From positions 272,944-336,943 of the forward strand of contig CAJINV010000025.1 of assembly GCA_905178155.1 (NCBI GenBank): a stretch of DNA of 64,000 bases, in the 5' to 3' direction. The stretch is from Amoebophrya sp. A120. Lineage: Eukaryota > Protista > Dinoflagellata. A model generated the notes under the pieces. It did not search any database, had not been told where the DNA came from, and saw only the letters and a list, made by a program, of their open reading frames with translations. Numbering within the stretch: position 1 is the first letter of the stretch; each line of letters opens with the position of its first letter. Shown here piece after piece: positions 1 through 13,155 of this stretch. The position numbers and the translations under genes are program-made.

Positions 1-431
1 TGGGAAAAATTTGTTTTTGCACAAAAAAAATTTGGGAAGGCGATACGGTTGGGGGGTAAAATTGGGGGTTGAGAACTTTTCCTGCCCGGGAAGCAGGACG
101 CCACGCTGGGTGAACGCAATCCATGTCGCGGCTGCAGAATTAGTGCTGTGGGCCCGGATGGCTGGGCAGCCTCCCGCGCAAGTCGGGCCTACATCGCGAA
201 CGCTCCAACCTGGCAGGCCTCGGCATTTCAATTTTCCCGACCATGGCCGCAGGAAGGGCCGCGACCTTTCTGGTGATTTTCGCGACGACAAAAAAAAACC
301 AAATTTGTTGGAATCAGATTCCTTAGGGCAACTTTCTGCCCAAGAAATACGCATTACAAATTTTATTTTTCATGCTGAGGAGATTTGTCATGCGATTTAT
401 ATATACTAGTACGATACTTTTGCAATTCATA

Positions 432-3400
432 CCGTTCCGGGCGTGCCGATTGTCATGCCTACTACGACAGGAGTAGACAGATTCAAAAATACAAGTACGA
501 TGAACGGCGCTTCGATATACAACAGTGAAGTACGCAGTGCAACAGTGCTATCGTACTCGTATAAATGCATTACAAATCATGTACATGTCCTCAGCATGAG
601 AAAGAAAATTAATTTGTAATGCTGATCTACCTCAAGAAAAAGATTTGTAATGCATGACTGCAATACGAATACGACGCTTTTGCGCTGCATATGAAGCGGA
701 GTCGGACTATTCCCCGTCCATCGCCGATATCGTGTCGACAGCGGCTAGCACGACCAGTCCGCAGCACTTGCACGCCACCGTCGCTGCCGCGGAGTTGAGT
801 ATGGATCACGCGCTCAGTAACAACAACGCGAGCAAGGTCACGCCCTTTCTCACGTCTCCGACCACGCAGCATGGGGCAGCACCGCCCCTGTTGGCCGCGC
901 GTGGGACTCGGGACCCGAGACAGCCGCAGCTACCACACCACACGACCTCCACACGCTCGTCTCCGCACTATTTTGAATCCTTCGCACCAAAGGCGAAAGA
1001 CCAGATCCAGAAGTACATTCTGCTGAAGACGCTCATGTCTCTGATTCTCGGGTGCGGGGTGGGCACCACGCTGTTAGCGGTGCAAGTCGACTTCTGGTTC
1101 GTTTTTACCGTGATGGCGTTTCTGCTGAACTTCATCCCGACCGTCGGCGGCGCGATTAGTTTGATCTTACCCACCGTGATCACGTTTTTGGACCCAACGA
1201 AACAGGTGTCGGACATCTTGATCGTGTTTATCATACCGGTATGCATTGCAAATATGCCTGGGTCTAGAAGGATGCAAAGTTAATCCTGCTCGTCTGGCAT
1301 GACTATGAGAGTATCTCTTTGATGCGTGATATCCAAGAAGACACCCTAGTATTGCTTGTCATGCAAAGTCGCCGTTTGTAATTGAATTGTAGTCTTTATG
1401 GCGAAAGCGCAAGGCCTAGCCGCGCAAATAATATTTCTCACGCTTGGTTGTGCATTATGGAAACAGATTTTATCACTTACGACTACGAGAAATTCAGATT
1501 CACAAACACAGCCGACCATATATAAGTTTCCAAACCTAGACTTTTTGCATTGGATAACCAGGGTTGCTGCACATTCTCTGCGGAAACGTGTTGGAGTATC
1601 AAGGTGAAAAATTCTCCCTCCCCCTGATCAAAGTGGAATTTACCCACCTACCTACCGGCTCGCCTGGTCGACCAGGCGACCGGGAGGCCGCATACCGTGC
1701 CGGAAGTGGATCAGACAGGGCCGGCGCCCCTTTCGCTCGCCTGGTCGACCAGGCGAGCGGAGAGAACCTGCCGAAAAGTTGCGTCACCTTGAGGCCGCAT
1801 ACCGTGCCGGAAGTGGATCAGACAGGGCGGGCGCCCCTTTCGCTCGCTTGGTCGACCAAGCGAGCGAAGAGAACTTGCCGACAAATTGCGTCACCTTGTG
1901 GCCGCGTACCGTGCTGGAAGTGGATCAGACAGGGCCGCCGCCCCTTTCGCTCGCCTGGTCGACCAAGCGAGCGAAAAGAGCCTGTCGAGAAATTGCGTCA
2001 CCTTGTGGCCGCACACCGTGCCGGAAGTGGATCAGACAGGGCCGACGCCCTTTTCGCTCGCCTGGTCGACCAGGCGAGCGAAAAGAACTTGCCGAAAAAT
2101 TGCGGCACCTTGCGGCCGCGTACCATGCCGGAAGTGGATCAGACAGGGCCGGCGCCCCTTTCGCTCGCTTGGTCGACCAAGCGAGCGAAAAGAACTTGCC
2201 GAAAAATTGCGGCACCTTGTGGCCGCATACCGTCCCGGAAGTGGATCAGACAGGGCCGACGCCCCTTTCGCTCGCTTGGTCGACCAAGCGAGCGAAAAGA
2301 ACTTGCCGAAAAATTGCGGCACCTTGTGGCCGCATACCGTGCCGGAAGTGGATCAGACAGGGCCGACGCCCCTTTCGCTCGCTTGGTCGACCAAGCGAGC
2401 GAAAAGAACTTGCCGAAAAATTGCGGCACCTTGTGGCCGCATACCGTGCCGGAAGTGGATCAGACAGGGCCGACGCCCCTTTCGCTCGCTTGGTCGACCA
2501 AGCGAGCGAAAAGAACTTGCCGAAAAATTGCGGCACCTTGTGGCCGCATACCGTGCCGGAAGTGGATCAGACAGGGCCGACGCCCCTTTCGCTCGCTTGG
2601 TCGACCAAGCGAGCGAAAAGAACTTGCCGAAAAATTGCGGCACCTTGTGGCCGCATACCGTGCCGGAAGTGGATCAGACAGGGCCGACGCCCCTTTCGCT
2701 CGCTTGGTCGACCAAGCGAGCGAAAAGAACTTGCCGAAAAATTGCGGCACCTTGTGGCCGCATACCGTGCCGGAAGTGGATCAGACAGGGCCGACGCCCC
2801 TTTCGCTCGCTTGGTCGACCAAGCGAGCGAAAAGAACTTGCCGAAAAATTGCGGCACCTTGTGGCCGCATACCGTGCCGGAAGTGGATCAGACAGGGCCG
2901 ACGCCCCTTTCGCTCGCTTGGTCGACCAAGCGAGCGAAAAGAACTTGCCGAAAAATTGCGGCACCTTGTGGCCGCATACCGTGCCGGAAGTGGATCAGAC
3001 AGGGCCGACGCCCCTTTCGCTCGCTTGGTCGACCAAGCGAGCGAAAAGAACTTGCCGAAAAATTGCGGCACCTTGTGGCCGCATACCGTGCCGGAAGTGG
3101 ATCAGACAGGGCCGACGCCCCTTTCGCTCGCTTGGTCGACCAAGCGAGCGAAAAGAACTTGCCGAAAAATTGCGGCACCTTGTGGCCGCATACCGTGCCG
3201 GAAGTGGATCAGACAGGGCCGACGCCCCTTTCGCTCGCTTGGTCGACCAAGCGAGCGAAAAGAACTTGCCGAAAAATTGCGGCACCTTGTGGCCGCATAC
3301 CGTGCCGGAAGTGGATCAGACAGGGCCGACGCCCCTTTCGCTCGCTTGGTCGACCAGGCGAGCGAAAAGAACTTGCCGAAAAATTGCGGCACCTTGTGGC

Positions 3401-5746
3401 CGCATACCGTGCCGGAAGTGGATCAGACAGGGCCGACGCCCCTTTCGCTCGCTTGGTCGACCAGGCGAGCGAAAAGAACTTGCCGAAAAATTGCGGCACC
3501 TTGTGGCCGCATACCGTGCCGGAAGTGGATCAGACAGGGCCGACGCCCCTTTCGCTCGCTTGGTCGACCAGGCGAGCGAAAAGAACTTGCCGAAAAATTG
3601 CGGCACCTTGTGGCCGCATACCATGCCGGAAGTGGATCAGACAGGGCCGACACCCCTTCCGCTCGCCTGGTCGACCCACCAGGGCAGGCGAGCGAAAAGA
3701 ACTTGCCGAAAAATTGCGGCACCTTGTGGCCGCATACCATGCCGGAAGTGGATCAGACAGGGCCGACACCCCTTCCGCTCGCCTGGTCGACCCACCAGGC
3801 GAGCGAAAAGAACTTGCCGAAAAATTGCGGCACCTTGTGGCCGCATACCGTGCCGAAAGTGGATCAGACAGGGAGGGCCGCCGCCCCTCTCGCTCGCCTG
3901 GTCGACCAGACGAGCGGAAAGAACTTGCCGAAAAATTGTGGCACCTTGTGGCCGCATACCGTGCCGGAAGTGGATCAGACAGGGCCGACGCCCCTCTCGC
4001 TCGCCTGGTCGACCAGGCGAGCGAAAAGAGCCTGTCGAGAAATTGCGTCACCTAGTGGCCGCATACCGTGTCGGAAGTGGATCAGACAAGGCCGGCGCCC
4101 CTTTCGCTCGCCTGGTCGACCAGGCGAGCGAAAGGAAAGAACTTGCCGAAAAATTGCGGCACCTTGTGGCCGCATACCGTGCCGGAAGTGGATCAGGCAG
4201 GGCCGACGCCCCTTTCGCTCGCCTGGTCGACCAGGCGAGCGAAAAGAACCTGTCGAGAGATTGCGTCACCTTGTGGCCGCATACCGTGCCGGAACGAAGT
4301 GGATCAGACAGGGCAGACGCCCCTTTCGCTCGCTTGGTCGACCAAGCGAGCGAAAAGAACTTGCCGAAAAATTGCGTCACCTTGTGGCCGCATGCCGACC
4401 GTTCCGGAAGTGGATCAGACAGGGCCGCCGCCCCTTTCGCTCGCCTGGTCGACCAGGCGAGCGAAAAGAGTGAACCTGTCGAGAAATTGCGCCACCTTTT
4501 GGCCGCATACCGTGCCGGAAGTGGATCAGACAAGGTAGGGGGGGCGCCCTTTCGCTCGCCTGGTCGACCAGGCGACGGACCGGGAGGCCGCCCCTCGGAA
4601 ATTGTGCCACCCCCGGGGAGCCCCCTGGAAATTGGCGACCGGGAAGCCGCCGCCTTGGGTATGGGGTGGATAGGATTTTTCTTTACGATATGGAGCCCTA
4701 CTTTTTCGGATCTTCGTTCGAGTTGTATCATGAGTAATATTGCCGACGCTTCCACCCGAGAGAGACTACTTGGCATGCAAGGCTGCAAGAAGCCTAAAGC
4801 TAAACTTGTGTGTGTGTTGTGTCTCATGCGCAGGCACTTCTATGAGAGCAGGCATTGTCTAAATGCTGTCTGAGTGTTTGTCATGCCAAAATAAGAGATG
4901 CCGGTGCCGCGGCTTCACACATGCTAAACGCAATGAGATTGCTCGCCCAGCAACCACCTCATGCGCAACAGCAGTCAAAACTTGTTGCTTGATTTGTGTC
5001 GCAAAGTGCTCACCTTCAGGACTCAGGTGTGTAGTGGGCGGTCCCGTTTTTACGTTGGATAAACTGCACCCCATTGTCATCATGTTCTGCTTGGTGGTCT
5101 GGAGCTCGCTCTGGGGAGTGGTTGGCGCGGTGCTGTCGGTACAGGAGGTTCCTTTTGATGTGAGCGTCACATCATATTGCTTCACCATTACTATGTACTA
5201 GAGAAGTATTGCACCAAAATGAAAATTAATACCAAAGAACCTATTCAGGTGCCCCTCACTTGCTGCCTGAAGCTGGCCCTGGAGCCCCACATCAAGGCCC
5301 ATCCCTACGCTCTGTTTGCGTATCGCGCTATGGAGTTCCATATGCATTGCAAAAGTAAATCGTACTGGTTCTCGTACTAGAAATGAAAATTTTTGCATTT
5401 GTAGTCATGTGCATTACATACAAAGCTCTTTGTCAGTTTTTATGGTATTAAATCCACCGCATTTTTAGTCCAGTCATGCTGAGGGTGGAATTTGTCATGC
5501 GATTATTCTAGTACCATTACGATAGTACTGGCGCAATGCATATTCGAGCTACCAACCGAAGAGCAGATTTTGGAAACCGACTACATCAGTTCGACGCCCC
5601 GGCCAACGCCCCGCACGTTGACGGATCCCAGCCGAGCTTTGATGAGCAGTGGCGGTGGTACAAATTTTGGAAGTAGTTCTCATGCGGCGGGAACAACTAT
5701 GGGGATATCCAATACAAAAATATCCTTGGACGACGTCTGGATGTAA
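432..5746 (+). CDS. AI-2E (TqsA/PerM-like) family membrane transporter, multi-exon, 5' end outside window
   Basis: Exons about 437-530, 697-1239, 1562-1596, 4696-4725, 5067-5138, 5249-5340, 5548-5746. They join to ...IQKYILLKTLMSL...FLLNFIPTVGGAIS...GNVLEPYFFGSSFELHPIVIMFCLVVWSSLWGVVGAVLSVPLTCCLK, the typical AI-2E C-terminal signature. One canonical GT-AG intron (5139-5248); the others are introners. Confidence 0.85.
531..691. mobile_element. Introner, family B (TATxxxTGCAAAAGTATCG-type TIR)
   Basis: Degenerate TIRs, DR TGAAG/TGAAG; removal keeps the frame. Confidence 0.75.
1240..1556. mobile_element. Introner, family A (TATCAAATGCAAAAATGTCTGGGTCTGGAA-type TIR)
   Basis: TIRs, DR ACCGG/ACCAG. 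Confidence 0.85.
1597..4690. mobile_element. Family C-like introner expanded to 3.1 kb by an internal satellite
   Basis: Begins TATCAAGGTGAAAAATTCTCCCTCCCC, ends GGATTTTTCTTTACGATA, DR TGGAG/TGGAG; flanking exons join as GNVLE-PYFFG. Confidence 0.85.
1658..4591. repeat. Tandem array of about 27 x 107-bp units, each with a 32-bp palindrome
   Basis: 107-bp periodicity visible directly; unit contains TTTCGCTCGCTTGGTCGACCAAGCGAGCGAAA. Confidence 0.97.
4726..5061. mobile_element. Introner, family H-like (TATCxTGAGTAA)
   Basis: TAT...ATA ends, DR AGTTG/AACTG; removal joins FEL-HPIV. Confidence 0.75.
5341..5542. mobile_element. Introner, family B
   Basis: TATGCATTGC...GCAATGCATA, DR TTCCA/TTCGA. 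Confidence 0.8.
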
Positions 5747-5943
5747 CAAGGCTGCACATGAAAAGAAGTCTCGCCATATCTTGTTCAGTTCTACCTGCAT
5801 ATATAACAGATTCAGATCTTGTTGTCCTTCAAATTTCGCATCACAATAAATCCAGCTAACCAAGAGTGATATTTACGATGCATAAGGGAGTAGAAACTAC
5901 CACTCGAGTCGAATGTCGACGGCGAGTAAAGATTCCACGCCGA

Positions 5944-6122
5944 TATCCTGAGCGAAAGGACCGTAGTACAACTAGTAGAAATTATTGCATGAAGATCACA
6001 TATTTGCTCAGCATGATGGATGCAGATTGTAATTCTGATGTAGCCTAGGAGAGACATTTGTCTTTGTCATGCACATTTGCAATTACGACACGTACGATAG
6101 TACACCTTTGCTGCACAGGATA
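5944..6122. mobile_element. Degenerate family B introner outside any recognised CDS
   Basis: TATCCTG...CAGGATA, DR GCCGA/GCCGA. Confidence 0.7.
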
Positions 6123-7036
6123 GCCGAGCTCGAGTTACAACGAGGGGTAGCTAACTCCAGATGGGCTCGAATCTTCTTCGGACGGTGGAACCTCTTCTAG
6201 GGGGGATGAAAGACGAAGACCGTGGAAACAGTTTCGTATTTGACATCACTTCTATGGACGAAAAATAAAAGATTTTTATGACCACCGGGCATTCAAGTCG
6301 GCAGTAATTGAAAACTCGTGCGAACTATTCGGTCCAACAAAAGAATCACAGCACTGAAGTCAAAGTGCAGAATGGACGATAGGAGGCTGTAACAAGCGGA
6401 AATTGAAAGTAGAGAACCTATTGACGAGCACACCTAGATGAAGTACTAGTAGTACGACAGGCGTAATACTAGCCAAGGTTAAGGTGGTGCTCCTGCTTTT
6501 TGAATAAAGAAAAACTACGCTCGGCTGTATGATTCAAAAATGTAGTACCGGTGTAGAGCAGCGCGCGCTTGTTGTTTCCCGGAGACGGGAAAAAGACGGC
6601 TAGTACTTCGTGCGGTTTGTGCCTACTTGCGCGTTGTATTTGCTGTCGACATTGTGTTGTTCAGCAGTCGTGCTTTGGATCATACGAATGTCGTTTTTTT
6701 TTTTTGTCTACAGCAGATCACGCATGAGCATGACTGCTCAAGCCGCAAGATCTTTGAACCCACCAGGGGAAAAATTTCGGGGTTTTTGACTGCTTTTTTT
6801 CGAAGATTTGTGAAGTTTCTTGTACAGCTACAGTGTGCCTGTCGACGCGTTTGGGGCAGTGCGGCCACAGCATCTTCTTAGACATCTTCAGCCACGGTAG
6901 CTCCTCCTGCAAGTAGCGCTTATCACCCGTGTGCACTACTACAACCGGCAGCACGGTACCACACCAAGTGTATCAGTCCTCTCTTGTATTCAGCACAGCG
7001 ACTACGGCTCCTGTACAAAATACAACTGTGAAGAAG

Positions 7037-10000
7037 ATGTTTTTAATAAAGCTTGCCTGGGTCTTCAAAATTTTGCACCTGGTCGTTCACTGCTCCCTTC
7101 GCGCCGCTTCAACTGTTGACCACGATGCAAAAGAACTTTTCTCGCACCACAGCCTCCTCCGGAAAGCCTTCGTGGACCGGCTGTACGGTGGGCGAGATCT
7201 GCTCGCGGAAAAGGAGCTTCCGCAGCATTTGCTCGACGAAAAAACACCAAATCTCGAAGTATCCTGTGCAAAGGTATCTTGCTCGTAGTAATCGCAGTCA
7301 CGCATTAAGAATCTCTATCGCAAGGCAAAAAAGCACGACAAATTCCATTTGTCATGCTGAGCTAATTTGTATTGCAATATACTACTAGTACGATACTTTT
7401 GCAGTTCATACGAAGACGCGGTGGACGACCGGTTTTCCGATGGCACCTGGCGGACCCACCTCGAGAAGGCTGATTATCCCACGAAAAAAGTGTTACAGTT
7501 ACACATTTGTAGGCAATTCAGCAACACAAATGTCCCTGCATGAGAGAGAAAACCTGTAATGCAGAAATCCTAGGGGAAACATCTATGAAGCGAGGCTCTT
7601 ATGCATATCCGGCATGACAGAGCTTGTCTGTCTTGCTTGGCCTGCAAGACAGTGTGTAAGAACCAATCCACGCGGCGTGCGCCGCGTGGGAAAAAATAAA
7701 ACAACTCTTCAGCGTCTGTGGCAAATTCTGTCTGTCCTGAAAAATTTTCGCGCTCGACTTTGTCGCCTCTATTAGAGTGGCCGCGTTTGGCTTCTCTCGA
7801 AGTGGCCAAATTCGAAGGAAGACAGAGGCGGCCAGGCAGCTTTTGGCTTCGTCTCTGAGGCCCAGCCTAGCAAACAAGCAACGAGGTCGCTTCTCGCTTT
7901 ACAAAAGTGGCCAGCTTTGGCAGTTTTTTTTTTCAGAAGCCCGGCCAGATCAGGAAGAAACCAGGAAAGAGCTCGCCTGCTGTTCGCTACCTCGCCCGGC
8001 CTCGCTTTTTGCTTTTACAAAAGCGGGCAGCTTTGGTAGGCGCTTGTCAAAGTGCTAGGCGCTTGAGCGACCAGAACCGCGACAGCAGTGCGCGAAGCGT
8101 CTAAACGCGAAGGAGGCCCAGTCGGGCTCTTTCCACACGGCGAAAATCTCGCGAGCAAGCGAAACGGCGATAGCAGTGCGCGAAGCAGCTAATAAGCAGT
8201 GATTTCCATCCGGGCTTGTTCCACAGCGTGAAAAGGGCCTGACTGGCAAATCGTCGGCGCCTTCGTGACACATTTTTTTCAATGGGTAGAAAACGCTAAG
8301 CAGACCTTCAGAAGAAACCTTCTGAAGAAACCTTCAGAAGAATTGACATTTCTTCTGAAGAAAGCTTCAGAAGCTTTTTAGCTTTCAACCTTCAGAAGAC
8401 CTTCTTGAAGGTTTTTCGACCTTCAGAAGGTCAAAAAAGGTTGGCCCTTTTTTTTTGCATTTTTCGGCAAAAAATGACGTTTTTCATTTTTAACCTTCAG
8501 AAGGTTTTGAAAAATCAACCTTCAGAAGGTCAAAACCTTCAGGAAGGTTCAAAATCAACGTGAGCCAAACCTTCAGAAGATTTTTTTGATGAAAAACCTT
8601 CTGAAGGTCAAAATCAGACCTTCTGAAGGTAGTTACCTTCTGAAGGTTCACAAAAAAAAATAAATTTTCGCGGCGCAGGATCTGACTTCCTTTCCACTTT
8701 GGCCGTTTTTTGAACTGCTCTTTTTAGAACCTTCAGAAGGTTCGTCGACTCTTCTGAAGAGTCTTCTGAAGAATTTTCTTCTGAAGGTAGTTTTGATTTT
8801 TTCCCTTATAGTCCTTCAATTACTGTAAGTAACACTTTTTTCGTACGATACTGACGTCGACTTGGTCACCCGCGGCTTGAACCGGCCGGTGAAGTTTTGG
8901 CTGGAGCTGGGCTCCTTCCGCGGACAGAGTTGCATCCGGGCGGCAAGAATCTTGAAGAACGCAAATATTTACTATCATGCCAGACGACGAAAGCTGCAGA
9001 ACGGTCAGGAGGTGGAGCAAGAATCGAGGAAAAATACAGCTGCCTCCTCCCCAGACGACGACTTCTTCGTTCTCTGCGTCGACAGTTTCGTGTTCGGGTC
9101 CAGCTTCGTATCGACCTTAGTAGAGGATTTGAAACGAACACGGAAGAGAAAGGAAAAGGAAAACAAAGTAGAAAGTAAAGGTACTAGTATTACCGGCAGC
9201 ACGGCGGTAGCGCAAAGCGGTACTAGTAGCGCGCCGAAACGCAGTACAACGTCAACGTCCGTGCTGGACCAAATGCTCTACAAGGATGGCAGCTCAAAGC
9301 TCCTCGACTATCAAATACAAATATGTGGTCTGGGGTCTGGAAGATTGCAGGAGTTTGTCATGCATCTTCTGGATCACGCAACTGGTCTCTAATGCACGCA
9401 AAAGCACTACAGGTTTTGCGCAGGCCTCCTGATGTCTATCCCGCATGAGAAATTCTCTATTTGCGTAGCAAGAAATGGAAAGCTTATGGTGCTTATGCAA
9501 TACAAATTTTTGCCTATTCCAGCAATCGCATGACAGGTTCCAATTCTTCCAGACCCAGACGTATTTGCAATGCATATCGACCAGTTCATCGCCAATGTCC
9601 GCCACGCCGGGCTAGAGCAGGTCATTGCAGTCTGGCCACAAACAACGCTCTCGGCGTTGCGACTGCTATTGACGAAAGTGCAGCCGCCGGCCAGCTTGCC
9701 ACTGTATGACGACGACAGCGAAGAGGATAATCATGAGATTAGGTACGACCAAGAACAACAACTACACGAGCACGAAGAGTTTGAGGAGAAGGAGTTTAAA
9801 GGGGGGACTAGCAGACCTAGCGAGCAGCAGGATCGTGAAAAGAACCCATCTACAGCTGCAGCTCTCTCCTCAGCACCCCTACAGAAAAGCAAAAGCCGGT
9901 CGTTCAGGAATAGCGACAAGGAGCCGCTGTTGCCCATCCAACCCGACGTGATCTATCTCGACGCGAGCCATTTGAGGGATGAAACCTTGATGGAAGTGGA

Positions 10001-12410
10001 ACACGCGTGGGCGGCGCTGGCCCCCGGCGGCATTCTCTTCGGCGACGACTGGGCGCTGGAGGAGGTGGCAGTAGACGTCTTGAAGTTTGTGGACCGACTA
10101 CTGCTCTGCATGCACAAACGAGATGAACTACCGAGGTGGACCTCAGCTGGCGACCAGACCAATGCCAACGCGACCATCGCCGCCCGAACCGCTTCTGGTA
10201 CGTCGAGCGTATGCGCTGCAAATACGTCTGGGTCAAGAAACATGAAAACTTCTGATGCACATTTCACACCAGACAAAAATCTGTCATGCGTGGACCGCAA
10301 AAGTTGCTAGGCTCATTTCGTGTCACTCAGACGGCATAATTTCTCATGCGGATTAGCCATGGAGAAAACTGCTCAAATAAACCTGTGATGCTAGGACTTG
10401 CATGCCAGAGCTTCTGCGTCATGCACAAGCAGCATCACACCCTTCCAGACCCTAAAGTGTTTGCACTTGATAAGGCGTGAGCTGTGCTAATTTCCGCGAG
10501 TCATCTTCCCTCGACGTCAACTGTTTGCACTGCAAAAGTATCGTACTAGTACAAATCGCAATACAACATTGGCTCAGCATTACAAATTAAGTAAATTTGT
10601 AATGTGGATTTACCTAACCAACTAGATTTGTAATGCATAACTGCGATATACTGCGAGTGCGATACTTTTGCACAGCATAAACTGGTTTCCCCACCAATTT
10701 TACGAGCACCGGGTGGGCATGCTGCGGCTATCAAATGTAAAAATGTCTGGGTCTGGAAGAGTGCAACTTGTCATGCTAAATCTGAAGCATGCAAAAATCT
10801 GTGTTGCATGATTACCACAAGTCGTCCAGTTTTGACCCAATCGGGAGGGAGTTTCTCATGCAGGATAGGCATGGGAGAGATCGCACAGAATCTGTCATGC
10901 TATGTCCTGCATTCCAGACCGCATGGGTCTTGGAAAAGCTGCATGACAAATCGCGCACTCTTCCAGAGAGACCCAGACACTTTTACATTTGATAGCGCCC
11001 GGGGTTGTACGTTTCCAGAGATACTTTCCAGTGGTTTTTGCGGAAACACGACCCGAGCGAAACACAGGGCAGGAGATATCAAAGTGAAAAATCCGCCCTC
11101 CCCATATTGAAACGGAAGCTTCTGTTGCTGGATTTGCGTACACAAATCAGCTCTGTCTTGCAGTGAGGCCCTGCAGGCAAGGCCAACGCCTGTTGTACAG
11201 GGGTGTTTTGGTGTAGGTACTTAGCATAGCAGAGGCCTGCCATGTTGTAGCCGTAACAGCATTACAAATCGCCTGCATAAGTCGGCGGATTCTTTGGATC
11301 TGCCTCCTTGCAAGAACGACAGGCTCTGTGGTCACAAATCACCATCACAAATCTTTAGAAGGAGCATACCTTTTCAGTAGGGGGAGGGTTTTTTTTTTCT
11401 CACAATACATGACTGCAAAACCGCTTCGAGTTGGTCTTCCACCAGGCACCTACAGTTACTGAAGCGACGTCTGAGCAAGTGGATTTGAAGAAGGTAAAAT
11501 GGCTGGACCATGACTCCATGTTTGTCAGGGGGACGGAGGAAATCGTAGCGCTTGCGGCCGCACATCTGGAGGGAGAGGCGGAAACACATCAGGGATTAGC
11601 AGCTACTGCACGTACGGCCGGTGGTCCAGCGTCTGTGTGGTCACCTCGAGAACCGCAGCGGCATCATGCCTACCTGCAACCCTTGCGCCCGCACATCTAT
11701 CAAAATGAAAAAGCCCCGCTCCCCTTAGGAACTCAAAGGAAGATTTGTGTAGCGTGATTTGTGATAGCAAGTCACGCTGTTATGCTAGAAGGGAAGAGAT
11801 GCGGACTGTAGTGCTGGCTGGCGTAGGAAAGCCTTACGTCTTCAGCATGACAGGAAGCAGCTGGAAACGGGAAACACCATCACAAATTACCTGTAAACGA
11901 GGAAGCAACTGCGTCTCTTGGCCTTCTAGCAATACAAGTCGACTTGTGTAGTCAAATACAGCAACACAAATTGCTTTTTCGATATGGGGAGGGGGAATCT
12001 TTCCTCACAATAACATCCTGGGCATGTTTTTGGAATCAGATCTTCTCCTCGAAGACCCGATCCTGACGCCACCGGACGGGCAGACGACTTCTCTGCCAAC
12101 GAGCTTCTCGTTTCTAGACCTGCAGATGACCACTTGTTTCCTGGGTTTCAGCGCCGTGAAAGTGAAGCAGTGGCAGTACGACTGTTGCCAGGACTGGTCG
12201 GAAGAAAACTCCGGCTGCTGGGACCTGGTGTACAACCCGAACCACTGCTGTGTGCTATTTGCAGACGGCCCGGATTTCTACAGCACTGCAGGGATAAGAA
12301 GTTCTCGCACAACAACTAGACCCCAGCCCGGGCAGCAGCTACTGCGCGACACAGCGCCGGCGTCTAGAATGATAACCAGAGTCAGGCTAACGGCAGATCA
12401 CATTCGGTGA
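7037..12410 (+). CDS. Class I SAM-dependent methyltransferase (Methyltransf_24-like), multi-exon
   Basis: Motifs FWLELGSFRGQS, VLCVDSF, VIYLDASH...AWAALAPGGILFGDDW. Introners at 7260-7410, 7475-8850, 9309-9576, 10210-10472, 10524-10679, 10729-10994, 11077-11407, 11698-12012. Hydrophobic N-terminus. Confidence 0.8.
7475..8850. mobile_element. Family D introner (TATCxxxxAAAAAAGTGTTACAG) carrying a ~1.16-kb insert
   Basis: TIRs at both ends, DR CTGAT/CTGAC; unrelated sequence at about 7661-8823. Confidence 0.8.
8303..8790. repeat. Cluster of quasi-palindromic CCTTCWGAAG(G) motifs
   Basis: About 20 or more irregularly spaced copies in both orientations. Confidence 0.85.
11077..11407. mobile_element. 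Introner, family C (TATCAAAxTGAAAAATCCxCCCTCCCC)
   Basis: TIRs; DR decayed GGAGA/CATGA. Confidence 0.8.
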
Positions 12411-13155
12411 GCTATAACTTGCTGAGAAGATGATGCGGCTCTTAATCATTCCGATCGAGAACATAGATTCAGTGATAATTCATTTGTGGGCGGAAGATAT
12501 GATCTGTCTTCAGAATGCAGCAGGTGCAGCACAAGTACTAGGCTTGTAATACAAGAAAAACAGCGCATATTATCAAATTTCGTTGGTTGCTGGGCCCGAC
12601 ATGCGGCCGGGCAGCTCTGTCAACGCCAGCTTCCTGTCATGCAGCTGCCATGGGATGGTGAAGTGATGTCGATGGCACCTTCTAGTACCGAAAAGACTTC
12701 CGTCTTTGTGTGCATCTTGATAGCAGGCCGCGCAAAAAGTACGGATGGCGAAACACTGATGTGCGCTTTTTAATATTGGTGTAGGGCTTAGTGTCAGTTC
12801 ACCTACGTTACCGCACCGACTAGTAGTGTGAGAGGAACATGATCCTGATCCGCTGTTTTAGTATTTCTCCTGCAGCCATGTTGGCATCAATGTGATCAGG
12901 CTACGTACTGATTTTTATTCGATTGCTTGTGATCGATTGCAAGAACTTTGATGCCGCCCTGGTTTCACCTTTCCACGCGGCTTCCATGCACGACGCGGGT
13001 GTACATTTATCACTGCGTAGCCTCGTCATATTAACTTTAACACGACCTAGTGAAGATCATGGATAAAAAGTTTATTTGTTGGGTACTGTACAATCAGCAG
13101 ATCTCGTCATGAGGTAGACTTCATTGCCATAGTGCTACTAGCTGGCGCAGCTCTC

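Noticed and set aside
1658-4591. CRISPR array
   Set aside because: Palindromic repeats, but the intervening sequence is identical rather than unique spacers; no cas genes; eukaryotic context.
1564-4873. Three overlapping 750-995 aa ORFs and many 96-aa antisense ORFs
   Set aside because: Artefact of a stop-free 107-bp tandem repeat lying inside an intron of the AI-2E gene.
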